The translations under genes were made by a program, and so were the position numbers. Positions 61,015 through 64,000 of a DNA stretch of 64,000 nucleotides are shown here, in pieces. The stretch comes from Lama glama. Its lineage: Eukaryota. The notes beneath the pieces are model-generated. The model searched no databases. It was not told where the DNA came from and saw only the letters and a program-made list of their open reading frames with translations. How positions within the stretch are numbered: the stretch's first letter is position 1; each line of letters begins with the position of its first letter. The DNA lies in contig CM052822.1 in assembly GCA_028534125.1 (NCBI GenBank), positions 78,182,001 through 78,246,000 of the forward strand, in the 5' to 3' direction.

Positions 61015-61170
61015 TGTCCCAAGGGTTCACCGAGCCCCTGCCGTGTGCCTGGCATCATGCTCAAGGCGGGAGATGCGGGTGATTACCACGCGTATGGCTT
61101 CACTCTTGAGCTCACGGACAAGAGAGACAGACGTGGACTGAGTCACTCAGACGCTTGGGGACGTTACGGA
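61015..61170 (-). mobile_element. L2 3' fragment
   Basis: ttcaccgagcccctgccgtgtgcctggcatcatgct..gagctcac..gagacagac resembles tttattgagcacctactatgtgccaggcactgtgct..gagcttac..gagacagac. Confidence 0.65.
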
Positions 61171-61296
61171 AAAGCCGGGTGGGGGAGGCAGGGACTCTGG
61201 GCTCCTCCACCCTCTGGACTCTGGATCCCTGGGATGGGGGTTCCTGACAGCGCAGCCATCCAGCGGAGTGGGGGGGGTCTCGCACAACCAGCTCGC

Positions 61297-61430
61297 TGTG
61301 TGTGGGCTAAGCTGTGTCCCCCAAAGTGGGCAATGTTGGCATTCTGACCCTCAGGACTTCAGGATGTGACCTTAACCGAGGGGATCATGGTACAGTGAGG
61401 TCACTGGGGGGGGGGGAGCCTGAGCCCCTG
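61297..61430 (+). mobile_element. MLT1 LTR 5' fragment
   Basis: tgtgggctaagctgtgtcccccaaag..atgttggcattctgaccctcaggacttcaggatgtgacctta. Confidence 0.7.
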
Positions 61431-64000
61431 GGTCGTGGGGCTGTGTGACTGCAGCCCCAGCAAAGAGATGTCCCACTCACCCCTCCCCTGGGAGGACGTG
61501 GAGCAGCAGCTCCCGTGGGAACCCAGAGGGTGCAGGTCTGTCGCTGGAAGACCAGGAGCCAACTCTGAAGCCACCCCCTCGGTGGCTGCACTTCCAAGTG
61601 ACAGGAGCCAGCAGGGTCCTCTAACCAACAGGCGGAAGTCAAAGCCGATGTGGTTCCATTCAGGGAAGGAGACACGGGCTCTGGGGTTGGCCGCCCGCAG
61701 GGCAGCCTGACCACCGTCGCTGCTCTTGACCTCCCTGTGCCGGTTCCTCGTCTGTGACGTGTGCCCACCTCGCGGGGCCAGGGCGAGGACGCCCGTGCGG
61801 CGCCCAGGACAGCGCCTGGGGGGTGAGCCTGGGTCGCACTGTGGGGAGCCTGCCTTGTGTGTCTTCCTTGAAGTCTCTCCACTCCTTCAAGCAATTTCAA
61901 GTCTTACGGGCTGAGGAGTGAACACGGGTTTCTGGGATATTACATTCTGAGGGCTCTCGGGGGTCTCCCTGGAGTTCAGCTTTTTAAATGAAAAATTAAC
62001 TGCTAACCGCCCCGGAGAGGAGGCAGCGGGAACCACCTGGCACTGTGTTGCAGGGACCCTCCGCGTCTCGGGGGGGCCCGTCCAGGCCCCGCCCAGACAG
62101 AGCGCGGGACACACATCACACACTTTCCACGAAAACGCAGCTGGGGTGTCAGAAGGGGGGGCTGCCGCAGCCACAGGCAGGCAACACTCATTTCATCTGA
62201 CGTGACTATTTGCTCCGATGGTGAATAAAAACTGAATTTGTCACTATAGCAACTGCCTCATCGCAGGGCCCCTCTCCTGCCTTAAATCATGAGAAGTATT
62301 GAAAAGACGTCCGTGGGCCCACGTGACGTGGACTTCACACGGCATCTGAGAAGGAAACGTCGCTTCACAATGAACTTGTATTTGTCACTATGCCGTGGGC
62401 AGTTAATTACATCGAACACATTTTTGTGTGATTTTCTTCACTCCTGAGCAATAAGAAAATAGTATGAAGAGCAGCCAGGGCTGCGCTGGGGGTGCCGGGG
62501 GGGTGCGGGGCTCCGGGGGCCGTCCAGCGACCGTCCACAGAGGGAGGTGACCACAGAAGCGCTGGAAGCCCAGTGGCCCCTGAGCTCTGACCTTTACCCA
62601 CCGCTCAGTGCGGGGACCCCCAGAGCGGTCTGGACAGGCCCCTGAAAACGTTTCAGTGCATTTTCATGTGGGTTTCCCTTTCCAAACACAATTAGGAATA
62701 TTTACAGGTAAGCAGGCCTTTCTTAGAGCTGATGTACTTTTTGCGTTTAGAAGAAAAAATACCAGTTTTCTCCGTCCAGAAACACAGACCAGAATAAAGT
62801 ACGGCGACCACGCACACAGTGACAGTGCTGGGAGCCGGGCTCTGGGGCCGCCAGGCCTACGTGAACGGGCAGAGAGGCCCACGCGGCCAGGAGGGGGACG
62901 CCCAGCTCCCTCACAGGCCCCAGGGCCCGTGGCCCCCAGCACAGATTCTGTCCCCAAGCCCTCCCACACCCCGGAGCTGAGAGGGCCTTGCGGGTGCGGA
63001 TGCCGCGAATCCCTGGACTGCCCGCGTCTGGGGTCCCAGACCTCCCTGGTCCGCTGGTGTCCACCTTCTGTCCTCCGGTCACAGCTGGCCTGTGGCTGGA
63101 TGGGAAGGGAGCCTTGGGACGGGGGAGGGCCAACCACATGCCCCTCTAAGGAGCCGCAAAGTCTTCACCACGGGTTCGGCCGGTCCTTGCAAACACGCCA
63201 GCAGCACCTCAGACGCAGCTTGTGGCCTCGTTCCCCAGGAGCCCCGCTGGCGCCGACATCTCTGGCTCACTCAGCAATGCGTGCTCGGATGCACTGCCTC
63301 CTTCAGCCAGTCCCGAGTCTGCTGCCTCTTCTCCCTCCTGACAAGACCACCTTGTCATGACCCCTCGTTGGCCCATCGCCGCACGGGACACCCTCCCCAC
63401 CCCTCCTGCTCCTCTGCTGCCCACACACCCAGGGCCCTTCCTGTTGAACTCCAAATACGGGTCTGGATCCCAACCCGGGACATTTTTAATTACTTACTAT
63501 GTCCTGCCCATGTACATGCAGTGTCATATACGACCTTCACAGAAGTGGGGCCAACTGGCTCCCGTCCCAGTTCAGTGACCCCCCTTCCTGGCCTCCTAGA
63601 CGCCTGCCCGCGATCCCTCCTCAGACGAAGCAGGTTCTTCACGGCGCATGCTTCCCCTGACAAACTCCCTGTCTGGAGAACGCCCAGTCTCACGGGAGCT
63701 CAGCCCACATCCCCACCTGTAGCCATAAACCTCACGGCCCTTCGTGGACGCCAAACCTCTTACCTCACCGACAGCCAATCAGAGGCTTGCACACAAGCCG
63801 CTGGAGCACCCCGTGGCCCCTCGGGACCTGTGTGACCCCCTAAGGAAAGACCTCAGCCACTGGCCCTCGGGGCGCACGCAGGCACCTGTCGGCTGCGCGG
63901 CCGCTGCTGCCTGTGGCAGCGTATCTGTTACGCCGCTTCTTAGCCTCTTAAATTTTCCCTTGTCTCTGGTACATGCACCGGCCGGCCGTATCCCCCAGCA

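Noticed and set aside
1-64000. Hundreds of 60-300 aa ORFs in the six-frame track
   Set aside because: They overlap on both strands, are rich in P/G/R/A/S, often start at non-ATG codons and show no recognisable domains. This is expected from stop-codon scarcity in GC-rich non-coding DNA.

Overview
This is eukaryotic, mammalian DNA: GC- and CpG-rich, gene-poor and probably subtelomeric. It reads as intergenic sequence or the inside of a very large intron. I recognise no protein-coding gene, and the hundreds of listed ORFs look like artefacts of high GC content and simple repeats. The window holds old mammalian transposon fossils (L1M/L1ME, L2, MIR, MLT1/MLT2 LTRs, a MER8/Tigger2-type MITE), one better-preserved ERV1-type solo LTR and one tRNA-derived SINE. 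The SINE resembles the camelid family, and I saw no Alu, Bov-tA/BovB, PRE1 or SINEC copies, which tentatively points to a camel or alpaca genome. There is also a CpG-rich ~34-bp minisatellite, a ~250-bp alternating purine/pyrimidine tract and several AT-rich islands dense in homeodomain/MEIS/SOX motifs that are candidate developmental enhancers. The most notable signals are strong but patchy AT-to-GC rewriting of transposon fossils, a solo LTR followed by an open frame and exon-like segments, and a plus-strand bias of LTR/L1 insertions. I found no convincing new biological system. Repeat family names come from remembered consensus motifs, not database searches, and boundaries are approximate.
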